DNA of 64,000 nt from an uncultured Planctomycetia bacterium (GCA_964483625.1 CAZABB010000001.1:3222-67221); one strand, 5' to 3'; shown: positions 9,478 through 19,022, counted from the stretch's first letter. Made by a program: numbers and translations. Notes: a model not told the origin generated them from the letters alone.

Positions 9478-10220
9478 CCGGCTTCCTCTTTCTTCCGGCT
9501 GTCTTTTACGCATACAAACAGAAAATTACGGGCGAACAGCGCGGGAAGAATTTTGTACAGTCCGGAATAATATATCCCTTCCCCTATTATTCTCAATTTT
9601 TTCCAGGGTTCCTCGCTTATCCGTTGCGGAAAATAATACTTCCGGGAAATACAGACCAGACCGGTTTTCTCAACCAGCTTCTCCAGGACATTCCGGGAAA
9701 AGACACGGATATGTTCCGAAAACAATGCATCCCGCTTGTGATATACGTCCGTTATATCTTTAAATGCCCCGCAGAGAAAATAAAACCTGTTCACTATATT
9801 CAGCATATTGGGAACCGAGATGACCAGAATGCCGTTGTCTTTCACAACCCGTCTACACTCGCCCAGGAGGGATTCCGGATCAAGCGCATGTTCCAATACA
9901 TCCATAATTAAAATAGCATCGAAAGACTTGTCGGTAAAGGGGATTCCCCCGTCAATATCGCCCAAAACAACTTTAACACCTTTGGCCGAAGCCTCCTTGA
10001 GCGCTTTCTCGCACATATCAAGGCCTATGACCGTATGGGCGGCGGTTAAATCTTCGCTCATACTGCCGCGGCCGCACCCCATATCCAGGATAAGAAAATT
10101 ATTCCGCTGTATTTTCTTTTTCACTAACTCTCGTCTCCATTTCTCATAAGGCCCCAGTGCCGTTTCCTGCCAAACTGCGAGACGATGCCAGTAATCTGTG
10201 GAATATTTTTTTATATCCAT
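9474..10220 (-). CDS. class I SAM-dependent methyltransferase
   Basis: Motif I LDMGCGRGSMSE and motif II/III region (VLGDID...ILIMDVLEH). Confidence 0.8.
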   Translation of the reverse strand: MDIKKYSTDYWHRLAVWQETALGPYEKWRRELVKKKIQRNNFLILDMGCGRGSMSEDLTAAHTVIGLDMCEKALKEASAKGVKVVLGDIDGGIPFTDKSFDAILIMDVLEHALDPESLLGECRRVVKDNGILVISVPNMLNIVNRFYFLCGAFKDITDVYHKRDALFSEHIRVFSRNVLEKLVEKTGLVCISRKYYFPQRISEEPWKKLRIIGEGIYYSGLYKILPALFARNFLFVCVKDSRKKEEAG

Positions 10221-10226
10221 ACGTTT

Positions 10227-11249
10227 CTATCCGCCGCTCATAGGGGCGGATTCCTGACCCCGGTAAACCGGCCGGGAAGGCAGTCTCTGTTTGAAAACAA
10301 TTTCGTAGAGAACACCCGTCTTAAATATCAATCTGGTAACAAGCACGACGAAAAATTCACCAAGAGCACGGAAAGGAAGCTGGAATTCTTCCCGGTGTTT
10401 TACCATGGACGCGGCGACGATCAGGAAGGGAGACAGGATAAAAAATACCGTCTTTCTGATCCCTGCGGGAACATTCACATCAAAATGCCTGTTGAAAAAA
10501 TACATCTGCGCATACCCTCTTCCATAAATAAAGTACTGTTTCGCCAGGGCGGCAAACGCAGCCCGGTGATAATGCTTCACGGTGATACCGGGAATGTAGA
10601 GCAGTTTTCTCCCCTCACGGCAAAGAGATAAATGCAGACTAAGATCATCACAATTTATTAAACGTTCATCAAATCTGAATTTTTTGAATATATCTTTCTT
10701 ATAGGAAATATTGCAGCCGCGAAGGTGTACCGCCTCAAAAGGCTTATCTTCCCGCCTGAAATACCGGCGCAGAAATGAGGAATCCGCCGGAGTATTTTCA
10801 ATAATATCATTGTCGTCCCATATGATCTGACTGACACGGTGGAAAAAATTATTTTTTAAAGCGGGGATCGCTTTCCCCCCTATCGCCATGACGCGGGGAT
10901 ACATATTGTGGAATTTCAAAATATTCTCGACCCACATCTTATCGCAAACGCAATCATCGTCGGTTAACGCGATCACATCTCCCGCACAATACCGCAGACC
11001 CGTATTCCTTGCCGTGGCGATATTCCTCCGTCTGCGTTCCGTGACGCATCGAAACGTCGGGAAACGGACCCGGTATCCGGCAACGACCTCCGGAGTGTTA
11101 TCCGTCGAACCATTATCCACAACAATAACCTCTTCGGGCATTCTGGTCTGAACAAGCAGACTGTCCAGACAGTTTTTCAAAAGCTCCGCTCTATTGAGCG
11201 TGACGACCAGCACCGAGATTTTCGGGGGAGAACATGTCGCATTTCTCAT
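10227..11249 (-). CDS. GT2 family glycosyltransferase with C-terminal transmembrane anchor
   Basis: ISVLVVTLNRAELL..VIVVDNGSTDNT..ALTDDDC (GT-A DxD region). The C-terminal ~100 aa are hydrophobic. Confidence 0.85.
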   Translation of the reverse strand: MRNATCSPPKISVLVVTLNRAELLKNCLDSLLVQTRMPEEVIVVDNGSTDNTPEVVAGYRVRFPTFRCVTERRRRNIATARNTGLRYCAGDVIALTDDDCVCDKMWVENILKFHNMYPRVMAIGGKAIPALKNNFFHRVSQIIWDDNDIIENTPADSSFLRRYFRREDKPFEAVHLRGCNISYKKDIFKKFRFDERLINCDDLSLHLSLCREGRKLLYIPGITVKHYHRAAFAALAKQYFIYGRGYAQMYFFNRHFDVNVPAGIRKTVFFILSPFLIVAASMVKHREEFQLPFRALGEFFVVLVTRLIFKTGVLYEIVFKQRLPSRPVYRGQESAPMSGG

Positions 11250-12783
11250 AAAGTTCTACGAAGAGACCATCGAATTCCCTGCTTTCTAATTTCCTGTATT
11301 TTTTTCCTAACCATTCCTTCACTGCCAGAGAGTTCGGTTCCAGAACACCCGTTCTGAACCAGGAAGAAGAAATCAACCATATCCTTTCGAAATTATACTT
11401 TTCGATATCCCGGCTTAAATCAATTACTCCCGGCGGGACTATCCCATCCTGCCTTTCCCGCTCCTCCCACGAACGTATCTCCTTACGCCAATATGTGTCC
11501 TGCTCGGAATAGAATGTGAAATAATACGAACCTACGGGATCACGACAGCCAAAATAGTACCATAAAGAGGGCACACTGCTCGGATGCGTGTGCGCGATGA
11601 TATCATTTTTTTCCAGTTTCCTCTTTAGATATCCCGCCACGGAAACAAAATCCTTCTTAGGACACACTCCCACCGAATGCCGATTGCCGTATCCCAAAGG
11701 CATAAAGCCCGTATAATAATTAGACAGAGATACCACCGTCAACAGAACGACTCCGGCGCCGAGAAGAAACCTCACCCCGTATGCGCCTATACCGGTCACT
11801 CCCGAAGCGACGATAATATAATAAAACGGGGAAACCGCCATATTTTGCCGGTCAAGGTATATGGGTATCCATTGGGAGAAAAAAAAAGAGGCAAAAACAG
11901 GTGCAAATAAAAATACAAGCAGAAACGACACGTTTTGAGCGCGGCGGCGGCAGTAGAAAATACCGCCGATAAACAACAGAGTACATAAAATCGATCCCGG
12001 AAGATAGGCGTGGTTCGGAGCGTTGTACCCCAACGTGAAATTTTCAAAAGTAGCTAAAAGAGAACGAGGAACAGGCGTAGACAGCCAAAACGCATCTTTT
12101 ACCCAGTTGAGGTGGCTGAAAGCCTCCTTAAACCAGGGACTGAAGACAGGGAGAATCACAAGATAACTTATCAACCATTTCCTGACCGGTACTTTTTCTC
12201 TTCGAAAAAAAAGGAAAGGTATACCGGCCAAAATCACCCAGAAGGTAAAATAAGACACATAAAGGCCGAGAATAGCCGAGAGCGCAAAAGAAATCCAAAG
12301 CCACGATTTATCTTCTTTTACGGCGCGTACAAAAAAATACACTATTGCCATTATGAAACAAGGCAACAAAGTGTATTCTCTCACCTCCTGCGCATACCAG
12401 ATATGAAGGGGAGAAATAGCCAGGAGAAACGCGCTGATCAATCCCGTCTTTCTGTCGACAAACAGACTCGCCAATGTATATATCCAGAATATGGAGATCA
12501 CGCCGAACAGCACCGAAAGGGAACGCAGAGCAGCTTCACCTCTGCCAAATACTCTGATCCAGAGGCTCAGTAACGCATAATATAAAGGAGGCTGGGGACT
12601 TGATGAAGAATAATTTTCCACGATACGTACACTCACGGCTTCATCATACCAGAGATCATTGGCATCCAATCTATACATCCTCAGAGCCGTTCCGAGGAGG
12701 ATAATGAGAAAGAGGACAATAATGACCTTTTGATTTCGCATATGCAGGAGAAGTGTCATAAGGATATGCCGGTTTTCATGCAA
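11191..12783 (-). CDS. GT-C fold glycosyltransferase, ArnT/PMT-like (GT39/GT83-type; polyprenyl-phosphate-sugar dependent)
   Basis: About 12 predicted TM helices. N-terminal loop-1 DE motif region (ALRMYRLDANDLWYDEAVS) is typical of the dolichyl-P-mannose protein mannosyltransferase / ArnT family. Confidence 0.7.
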   Translation of the reverse strand: MHENRHILMTLLLHMRNQKVIIVLFLIILLGTALRMYRLDANDLWYDEAVSVRIVENYSSSSPQPPLYYALLSLWIRVFGRGEAALRSLSVLFGVISIFWIYTLASLFVDRKTGLISAFLLAISPLHIWYAQEVREYTLLPCFIMAIVYFFVRAVKEDKSWLWISFALSAILGLYVSYFTFWVILAGIPFLFFRREKVPVRKWLISYLVILPVFSPWFKEAFSHLNWVKDAFWLSTPVPRSLLATFENFTLGYNAPNHAYLPGSILCTLLFIGGIFYCRRRAQNVSFLLVFLFAPVFASFFFSQWIPIYLDRQNMAVSPFYYIIVASGVTGIGAYGVRFLLGAGVVLLTVVSLSNYYTGFMPLGYGNRHSVGVCPKKDFVSVAGYLKRKLEKNDIIAHTHPSSVPSLWYYFGCRDPVGSYYFTFYSEQDTYWRKEIRSWEERERQDGIVPPGVIDLSRDIEKYNFERIWLISSSWFRTGVLEPNSLAVKEWLGKKYRKLESREFDGLFVELYEKCDMFSPENLGAGRHAQ

Positions 12784-12834
12784 AACGTCTTCTCTGTAAA
12801 AATAAATGATCCATGGAAATACCTGCCGTTAAGA

Positions 12835-13854
12835 TTAAACCGGGGGTTTATCTTGCTCGACCTCCCATATATAGGGGTTTTTCTCCCGTATGTAGAAGTC
12901 GCATAAGCCCATTATTCTTGCATACGCCTCAAGAATCACGGCACCCGCCATCCAGAAAAAATAATTGAAGCCGCCTTCCAAATTGCGCACAACCAGGCTG
13001 AAAATGCGCAGATTGCTCAGGCTGGAAACGGCATACCCCGCTGTTTTTTTCAAATGAAGATGCCCGGTATAAACTCTCCTCCTCTGAGCAAGATAGGCCT
13101 TTACGGTACGAGGCCCCCTGTTGTAAACAACCGCTTCAGGAACGTAACATAAACGATACCCTTTCCGTACAACCAATGCCTCGATCGCCGCCTCATCGAC
13201 CGCCGTGTCGCCCGGTATTCTCGTTACCACCGCCTTTCTAAAAGCAACCAGCTCTCCCAATTTGGGATATTTTAACGCTAATTTATGATGCAGCAACCAC
13301 AGCCGATGCACGGCAAATCCCAGGAAATTCTCGGGAGTATCCCGGGGAACGGAACGGCCGCCGACCATTCCTGTATCGGGGATCGTAAAGGGCTTGAGAA
13401 GATTCTTAATCGTGTCTTTACACGGCACGGTGTCGCCGCTCTCTAGAATACAGATATCCGCAGAGGTCTGTTGGAGAAAATAATTTACCGCCGAGGCTTT
13501 TCCCAACCGTTCTTTTTGAACGAAAAGCCGTATTCGTCTATCGCGTTCTTTAAATCTCTTTACAACGTCTTCGGTATTGTCGGTACATCCGCTGGCTATA
13601 ACCACTATTTCATGAATAGTAAAACATCCCGGTTCCTGAGCGATTAATCCCTCTAATAACCGACTAATGTTGGCCTGCTCATTATAAACGGGTATCCCGA
13701 TACTGCAGGTAAGAATCCTTGTTTCCGTATGCGTAGCATCCATGGGCGAAACGAAACAAATCATTGTTAAAAGAAATTCTCCCTCCCTATGAAATATACG
13801 TATTATCTCATAAAAATTACTCAATATGAAGCGTTTCATCGGAATACCAAACAC
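12835..13854 (-). CDS. GT2 family glycosyltransferase
   Basis: IGIPVYNEQANISRLL...VVIASGCTDNTEDVV...ILESGDTV, GT-A fold motifs. The start is possibly the internal Met at ~13743. Confidence 0.8.
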   Translation of the reverse strand: MFGIPMKRFILSNFYEIIRIFHREGEFLLTMICFVSPMDATHTETRILTCSIGIPVYNEQANISRLLEGLIAQEPGCFTIHEIVVIASGCTDNTEDVVKRFKERDRRIRLFVQKERLGKASAVNYFLQQTSADICILESGDTVPCKDTIKNLLKPFTIPDTGMVGGRSVPRDTPENFLGFAVHRLWLLHHKLALKYPKLGELVAFRKAVVTRIPGDTAVDEAAIEALVVRKGYRLCYVPEAVVYNRGPRTVKAYLAQRRRVYTGHLHLKKTAGYAVSSLSNLRIFSLVVRNLEGGFNYFFWMAGAVILEAYARIMGLCDFYIREKNPYIWEVEQDKPPV

Positions 13855-14061
13855 CGAAACAAAAGGCCGGTCTCCCTCCGCATGAGGCTTTCCACAAATA
13901 TTCTTTTTAAAATAATTCTTTTCCTTTTTGAATCTTTTCCGACAGGGATATGTTTTATCTTTACTTGTCTCTCACATTTTGGCATAATTACTTTTACGCA
14001 TAGGAAAAGTTTTTCCCTTATCCGACAGACACCTGCCTCACTCCTGAGGCTTACGGAAAGA
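13855..14061. promoter_or_regulatory. AT-rich divergent intergenic region between oppositely oriented operons (probable divergent promoters)
   Basis: A 207-bp non-coding gap between the minus-strand GT2 gene and the plus-strand B12-rSAM gene. A GGAAAG Shine-Dalgarno-like element lies 7 nt before the ATG at 14062. No specific -35/-10 elements are called. Confidence 0.25.
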
Positions 14062-15429
14062 ATGAATATAAAAGTAGCGTTGATTAATCCGACAATCAAA
14101 GAACTTCAAGCAAGCGAAGTACCCTTGCACTTGGGGTATATCGCGGGACACCTGGAACAAAACGGTATCGAAGTAATAATCATAGACCAGGCGGCCGGGG
14201 ATGATGTGGAGAGAGAAATCGATTCTTATCGTCCCGACATAATCGGCATCAGCAGTATGTCGGCCATGATAGGCGAAGCCTATAGAATAGCGGACATGTG
14301 CCGTAACAGAGGAATCCTCACCGTCATGGGAGGAGAACATGCCAGCGCGTTGCCGGAAGAAGCACAGGAACACGCCGATGTAGTTGTGGCAGGGGAAGGA
14401 GAGATAGCTATGCTGGATATCGTCAGAAAAAAAATCACATCCGGCATCATATCCGGTCCCCAGCTGGAAGATATAGACGATCTGCCGTTATATCCCTGGC
14501 ATCTTATCAACCAGACATACTATCTCAATTTATCAAACGAAACGAAACTGGCCACCCTTGCTTTTCTCGGCTCCCGTCTCTCTTCGGCCAAAACGAGTTC
14601 ATTTCTTACCAGCCGGGGATGTCCCTTTCACTGTACCTTCTGCCATAACAGTCTGAGACAGGTTCATTTCAGATTCCATAGCGCCGAGAGGATAGTAGAA
14701 GAGATGAAACGCCTCAGGGTAGATTACGGCGTTGAAGCCATAGCGTTTTTAGACGAGAATTTTCTGTTGAATAAGACAAGGCTTGAGAAAATTTGCCGTA
14801 CCATACGAAAAGAAAAGCTCAGTGTCCTATGGAGCTGTGCCAGTTCGGCTCATTTCGTCGACGCACAATCTGTCCGGATGATCCGGGATGCCGGATGCCG
14901 GCAGGTATCCTTCGGCGTAGAAAGCGGCTCGCAAAGAATTTTGGACATTCTGAATAAGTCCGTTACGGTAGAACAAAATAAAAAGGCAATCAAAATCTGC
15001 CGGGAAGCCGGATTGATCGTGCACGGTTCATTCATGCTGGGAAATCCCACGGAGACCGTCGAAGATGTAAAATTAACCCAAAAGTTCATTCTCGAGACCG
15101 ACATCGAAAGCTACCGTATCAATATCACCACGCCCTATCCCGGCACGAAACTCTGGGAACTCTACCACGAACAAATTCCCCGGCCTATTGACTGGCATCG
15201 TTTCGAAGCAAGCACCAATATCGAGACATACCCCTATACCCCATTCAGCAGGGAAGAACTCAAACGCCTGTTCTTTGAAACTTCGCTGATAAAGCCGGCG
15301 ATATATAAACGGGACTGGAAAATGGCGCTGCGTTATCCAAAAGAAACGATTTCCTGGGGTATCCGGCATCCGTTGACAGCAACGAGAATTATCGCAGGGA
15401 AATATAATATGAGAAGCATGCAAGACTGA
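14062..15429 (+). CDS. cobalamin-binding (class B) radical SAM enzyme
   Basis: MNIKVALINP..B12-binding Rossmann region, SRGCPFHCTFC. The start is placed at the ATG after the GGAAAG SD. The in-frame upstream ORF from 13789 is probably not translated. Confidence 0.85.
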   Translation: MNIKVALINPTIKELQASEVPLHLGYIAGHLEQNGIEVIIIDQAAGDDVEREIDSYRPDIIGISSMSAMIGEAYRIADMCRNRGILTVMGGEHASALPEEAQEHADVVVAGEGEIAMLDIVRKKITSGIISGPQLEDIDDLPLYPWHLINQTYYLNLSNETKLATLAFLGSRLSSAKTSSFLTSRGCPFHCTFCHNSLRQVHFRFHSAERIVEEMKRLRVDYGVEAIAFLDENFLLNKTRLEKICRTIRKEKLSVLWSCASSAHFVDAQSVRMIRDAGCRQVSFGVESGSQRILDILNKSVTVEQNKKAIKICREAGLIVHGSFMLGNPTETVEDVKLTQKFILETDIESYRINITTPYPGTKLWELYHEQIPRPIDWHRFEASTNIETYPYTPFSREELKRLFFETSLIKPAIYKRDWKMALRYPKETISWGIRHPLTATRIIAGKYNMRSMQD

Positions 15430-15481
15430 AACTGTATTTCAAATAGTCGTTATATATAGAAGGAAAAATTTACCGTACATC

Positions 15482-17230
15482 ATGACTGTAAAAGTAGCAT
15501 TGATATCCATCATCACCGGGAAATATTTTTTCGAAAGCGTAGGAAAACTCAGAAGCCTTGCCCCCCGGCAGCTGAAACTCTACGCGCTCGGCGACGAATA
15601 CATCCGGCGCAACGTCACCATAGAAATAAAAGACTTTATCTCCGAAGACCTCTTTTACAGCGATAAAATATATTATCACGCCTTATGGAACATCACCCGT
15701 CAGATATATGAAATGAAGCCCGATATCGTGGGTTTTTCCTGTTATTTATGGAATATCCGCCACATCCTTTCCCTGACCCGGAATCTGAAAAATATACTGC
15801 CCGGTGTCACGACCATACTGGGCGGCCCGGAAGTCTCTTCACAACCATTTTCCCGGGAGATTATGGAAAAAAACGACGGCATAGATATTATCGTCCGGGG
15901 AGAAGGAGAACAAACGTTCCGCGAACTTGTCTTATCCTGTCTCAACCACACTCCGAAAGATACGATCCCCGGCCTTACCCTGCGCAAAGAAAACGAAATT
16001 CTCGTAACTCCCGACCGAACCGACCGCGTCGACATCAACCATATCCCTTCGGTTTATGAAACAGAAATAACTCAAAGCTATTGTCCGGGAGAGATCGCCC
16101 AGCTGGAAACCGTACGGGGATGCCCCTACCGCTGCCATTTCTGCCTCTGGCCGGGAAAATCAAGCAGTATGCTTACCCGATCCCGGATAGAACACGAATT
16201 GCGCCTGATCAAAAAAGCCGGCTTTCAGGAAGTATATATTTTTGATTCGATTCTGGGATACGCAAGGCAGAGGACGAAAGAAATCCTTCAGCTCCTTTTG
16301 GATATGCAACTTGGGATGCGTTACACATTCTATCTTGACTTGAATTATATCGACGAAGATAGCATCCTGCTCTTAAAAAAAGGGAAGGATACTTTGCATC
16401 TCGCTCCCCTCGGCGTCCAGACTCTGCATGAAGAAGCTCTCAAAATAAATAATATATTTTTCAACAGACACACATTTGAAAAAACACTAAGCATGCTCAA
16501 CGCAAACAAGATCCCCTACAGTGCCAATCTCATTATGGGACTTCCCGGAGATACCCACGCAACGTTCAAACAGTCTTTCAATACACTGTACGGCCTGACC
16601 TGCGATATACACATCCGGCCCCTCTTGGTCAATCCGGGCACACATCTTTTCGAACACGCATCACAATATAAAATCAAACATGTAGGAATGGACGAATGCC
16701 ACAGAGAACTTTCCAATAAATCATACAGCTATGAAGATATGAATAGAACGGTACGCTTTATGATCGGATACCTCGTATTGAAGTACGGCTATGAAACGGC
16801 ACGGCCGTTAAGGGAATGGGTTCTTCTCCTGGACCGTTCTCTACGTTTTGCTTCGCGTCATTTTGAAATCAGCCCGGCAGATCTTATCGATTCTTTCGGT
16901 GAATATCTGGAAAAAGAAATGCCGGTATACTTTTCTCCTACTACCGACAGAATGAATATGTATTCTGTTTCACGTCTTCACCTCCCGCTTTTTATCCGGT
17001 TTTTTCGCACCCTGCCGCGGCGGGGCGGCCGGATACTGCATCGTATTATTCTGTATATTTTTCTCGCGACAGAATATATCACGTGGCGATACAACATCCA
17101 TCTGAGGAACATAATTTACTTCTATCCAAAACTGCAGTGGTATTCGCTCAAAATGAAGGTTGCCGGCAGGTTGGCATCGTATAGGCGTATTTTCCTAGGG
17201 AACAACGACGTGTCGATGAGGGAAAAATGA
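15482..17230 (+). CDS. cobalamin-binding (class B) radical SAM enzyme, tandem paralog A
   Basis: VRGCPYRCHFC motif and N-terminal B12-like domain. Residues ~24-250 are identical to those of the next gene. Confidence 0.85.
   Translation: MTVKVALISIITGKYFFESVGKLRSLAPRQLKLYALGDEYIRRNVTIEIKDFISEDLFYSDKIYYHALWNITRQIYEMKPDIVGFSCYLWNIRHILSLTRNLKNILPGVTTILGGPEVSSQPFSREIMEKNDGIDIIVRGEGEQTFRELVLSCLNHTPKDTIPGLTLRKENEILVTPDRTDRVDINHIPSVYETEITQSYCPGEIAQLETVRGCPYRCHFCLWPGKSSSMLTRSRIEHELRLIKKAGFQEVYIFDSILGYARQRTKEILQLLLDMQLGMRYTFYLDLNYIDEDSILLLKKGKDTLHLAPLGVQTLHEEALKINNIFFNRHTFEKTLSMLNANKIPYSANLIMGLPGDTHATFKQSFNTLYGLTCDIHIRPLLVNPGTHLFEHASQYKIKHVGMDECHRELSNKSYSYEDMNRTVRFMIGYLVLKYGYETARPLREWVLLLDRSLRFASRHFEISPADLIDSFGEYLEKEMPVYFSPTTDRMNMYSVSRLHLPLFIRFFRTLPRRGGRILHRIILYIFLATEYITWRYNIHLRNIIYFYPKLQWYSLKMKVAGRLASYRRIFLGNNDVSMREK
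15548..16233. repeat. 686-bp tract 100% identical to 17287..17972 (copy 1 of a gene-conversion tract inside tandem B12-rSAM paralogs)
   Basis: Direct comparison of the two regions, offset 1739 nt. Six-frame ORFs in all frames are duplicated identically (15742..16038 = 17481..17777, etc.). Confidence 0.9.
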
Positions 17231-18966
17231 ATATATCATTGATATCCATTATTTTCGGAAAAACTTTTTTTGACAGTACGAACTTTCTCAGAAGCCTTGC
17301 CCCCCGGCAGCTGAAACTCTACGCGCTCGGCGACGAATACATCCGGCGCAACGTCACCATAGAAATAAAAGACTTTATCTCCGAAGACCTCTTTTACAGC
17401 GATAAAATATATTATCACGCCTTATGGAACATCACCCGTCAGATATATGAAATGAAGCCCGATATCGTGGGTTTTTCCTGTTATTTATGGAATATCCGCC
17501 ACATCCTTTCCCTGACCCGGAATCTGAAAAATATACTGCCCGGTGTCACGACCATACTGGGCGGCCCGGAAGTCTCTTCACAACCATTTTCCCGGGAGAT
17601 TATGGAAAAAAACGACGGCATAGATATTATCGTCCGGGGAGAAGGAGAACAAACGTTCCGCGAACTTGTCTTATCCTGTCTCAACCACACTCCGAAAGAT
17701 ACGATCCCCGGCCTTACCCTGCGCAAAGAAAACGAAATTCTCGTAACTCCCGACCGAACCGACCGCGTCGACATCAACCATATCCCTTCGGTTTATGAAA
17801 CAGAAATAACTCAAAGCTATTGTCCGGGAGAGATCGCCCAGCTGGAAACCGTACGGGGATGCCCCTACCGCTGCCATTTCTGCCTCTGGCCGGGAAAATC
17901 AAGCAGTATGCTTACCCGATCCCGGATAGAACACGAATTGCGCCTGATCAAAAAAGCCGGCTTTCAGGAAGTGTGTATCTACGATTCGATTCTGGGATAC
18001 ACAAGACAACGGGCGAAGGAGATCATTCAATTGATTTTGGATCTCAAACTGGGGCTTAAGTTTAATTTCTTTCTCGATCTTAACAACATCGACGAATCCA
18101 TTGTAAAACTTGCAAAAAAGCACGAAAACATCCTACGCCCTCTTCCCCTAGGGGTGCAGACGTTACACGACGAATCATTGAAGAATACTAATATTTTCTT
18201 CAACACTGAGCGGTTTGCAAAAGGGATAGAGACTATCGATAAACACCATATGACATATGACGGGATAGACCTGCTTATCGGCCTACCAGGCGACCGCCAG
18301 GCCACCTTTAAACACTCCTTGAATCAACTGTATGCTCTTTCTCCCCGGATACATATCCGGCATCTCTTCGTCAATCCGGGGACTCATTTCTTCGAAAACC
18401 TCGAGAAATACGGGATGGCCCGTTCAGATATCGATCAATGTCACAGGATGCTGTATAATTATTCCTACAGTTACGAAAACGTCCATAAAAGCATACGCCT
18501 TCTCGTGGGATACCTCGTGTTAAAATATGGATACGAACCCGTACTTCCGTTGCGCAAATGGCTGCCGCTTTTGCGCCGCTCATTGTCATTTACCCTGCGG
18601 CATTTTTCGGTAAGCCCCGCCGATCTCTTTGATTTGTTCGGTGAATATCTGGAGAAGGAAATCCCGGCGTATTTTTCTCCCACCACCGACAGGATGAATA
18701 TGTATTCGGCCCCGCGGCTTCATCTTCCGCTTTTTCTCCGGTTCTTTCGCACCCTGCCGCTGCGGCGTAATAGAGGAGTATACCGCGAAATCTTATATCT
18801 TATTACTGCGGCAGAGTACGCCAGATGGAGGTGGAACATCCACCTGAGGAATATGATCTATTTATATCCTCGGCTACAACGCTATTCGTTATTTACAATC
18901 TTTTCCGGAACATGTGCACGATTTTTGAAATTATTCATAAGAAATAGCCGGGCAGATATCCGTTGA
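17227..18966 (+). CDS. cobalamin-binding (class B) radical SAM enzyme, tandem paralog B
   Basis: VRGCPYRCHFC. The start ATG overlaps the stop of paralog A (ATGA), suggesting translational coupling. The C-terminal half is ~55-60% identical to paralog A. Confidence 0.85.
   Translation: MNISLISIIFGKTFFDSTNFLRSLAPRQLKLYALGDEYIRRNVTIEIKDFISEDLFYSDKIYYHALWNITRQIYEMKPDIVGFSCYLWNIRHILSLTRNLKNILPGVTTILGGPEVSSQPFSREIMEKNDGIDIIVRGEGEQTFRELVLSCLNHTPKDTIPGLTLRKENEILVTPDRTDRVDINHIPSVYETEITQSYCPGEIAQLETVRGCPYRCHFCLWPGKSSSMLTRSRIEHELRLIKKAGFQEVCIYDSILGYTRQRAKEIIQLILDLKLGLKFNFFLDLNNIDESIVKLAKKHENILRPLPLGVQTLHDESLKNTNIFFNTERFAKGIETIDKHHMTYDGIDLLIGLPGDRQATFKHSLNQLYALSPRIHIRHLFVNPGTHFFENLEKYGMARSDIDQCHRMLYNYSYSYENVHKSIRLLVGYLVLKYGYEPVLPLRKWLPLLRRSLSFTLRHFSVSPADLFDLFGEYLEKEIPAYFSPTTDRMNMYSAPRLHLPLFLRFFRTLPLRRNRGVYREILYLITAAEYARWRWNIHLRNMIYLYPRLQRYSLFTIFSGTCARFLKLFIRNSRADIR
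17287..17972. repeat. 686-bp tract identical to 15548..16233 (copy 2)
   Basis: As above. Flanking sequence on both sides is clearly diverged. Confidence 0.9.
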
Positions 18967-19022
18967 CCAGAGGACATTCAATCCATGGCGGCGGGATTTT
19001 TCATTCTACCGGAATATCAGAC

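Noticed and set aside
13789-14061. N-terminal extension of the B12-rSAM gene (in-frame ORF from 13789, or ATG at 13882 adding a hydrophobic 60-aa segment)
   Set aside because: The ATG at 14062 is preceded by a GGAAAG SD and gives the canonical MNIKVALINP start of B12-rSAM proteins. The upstream region is AT-rich promoter-like sequence.
15742-17877. Duplicated minus-strand and alternate-frame ORFs (15742..16038 = 17481..17777; 15748..16059 = 17487..17798; 15932..16138 = 17671..17877)
   Set aside because: These are shadows of the 686-bp identical tract inside the two B12-rSAM genes and are not independent genes.
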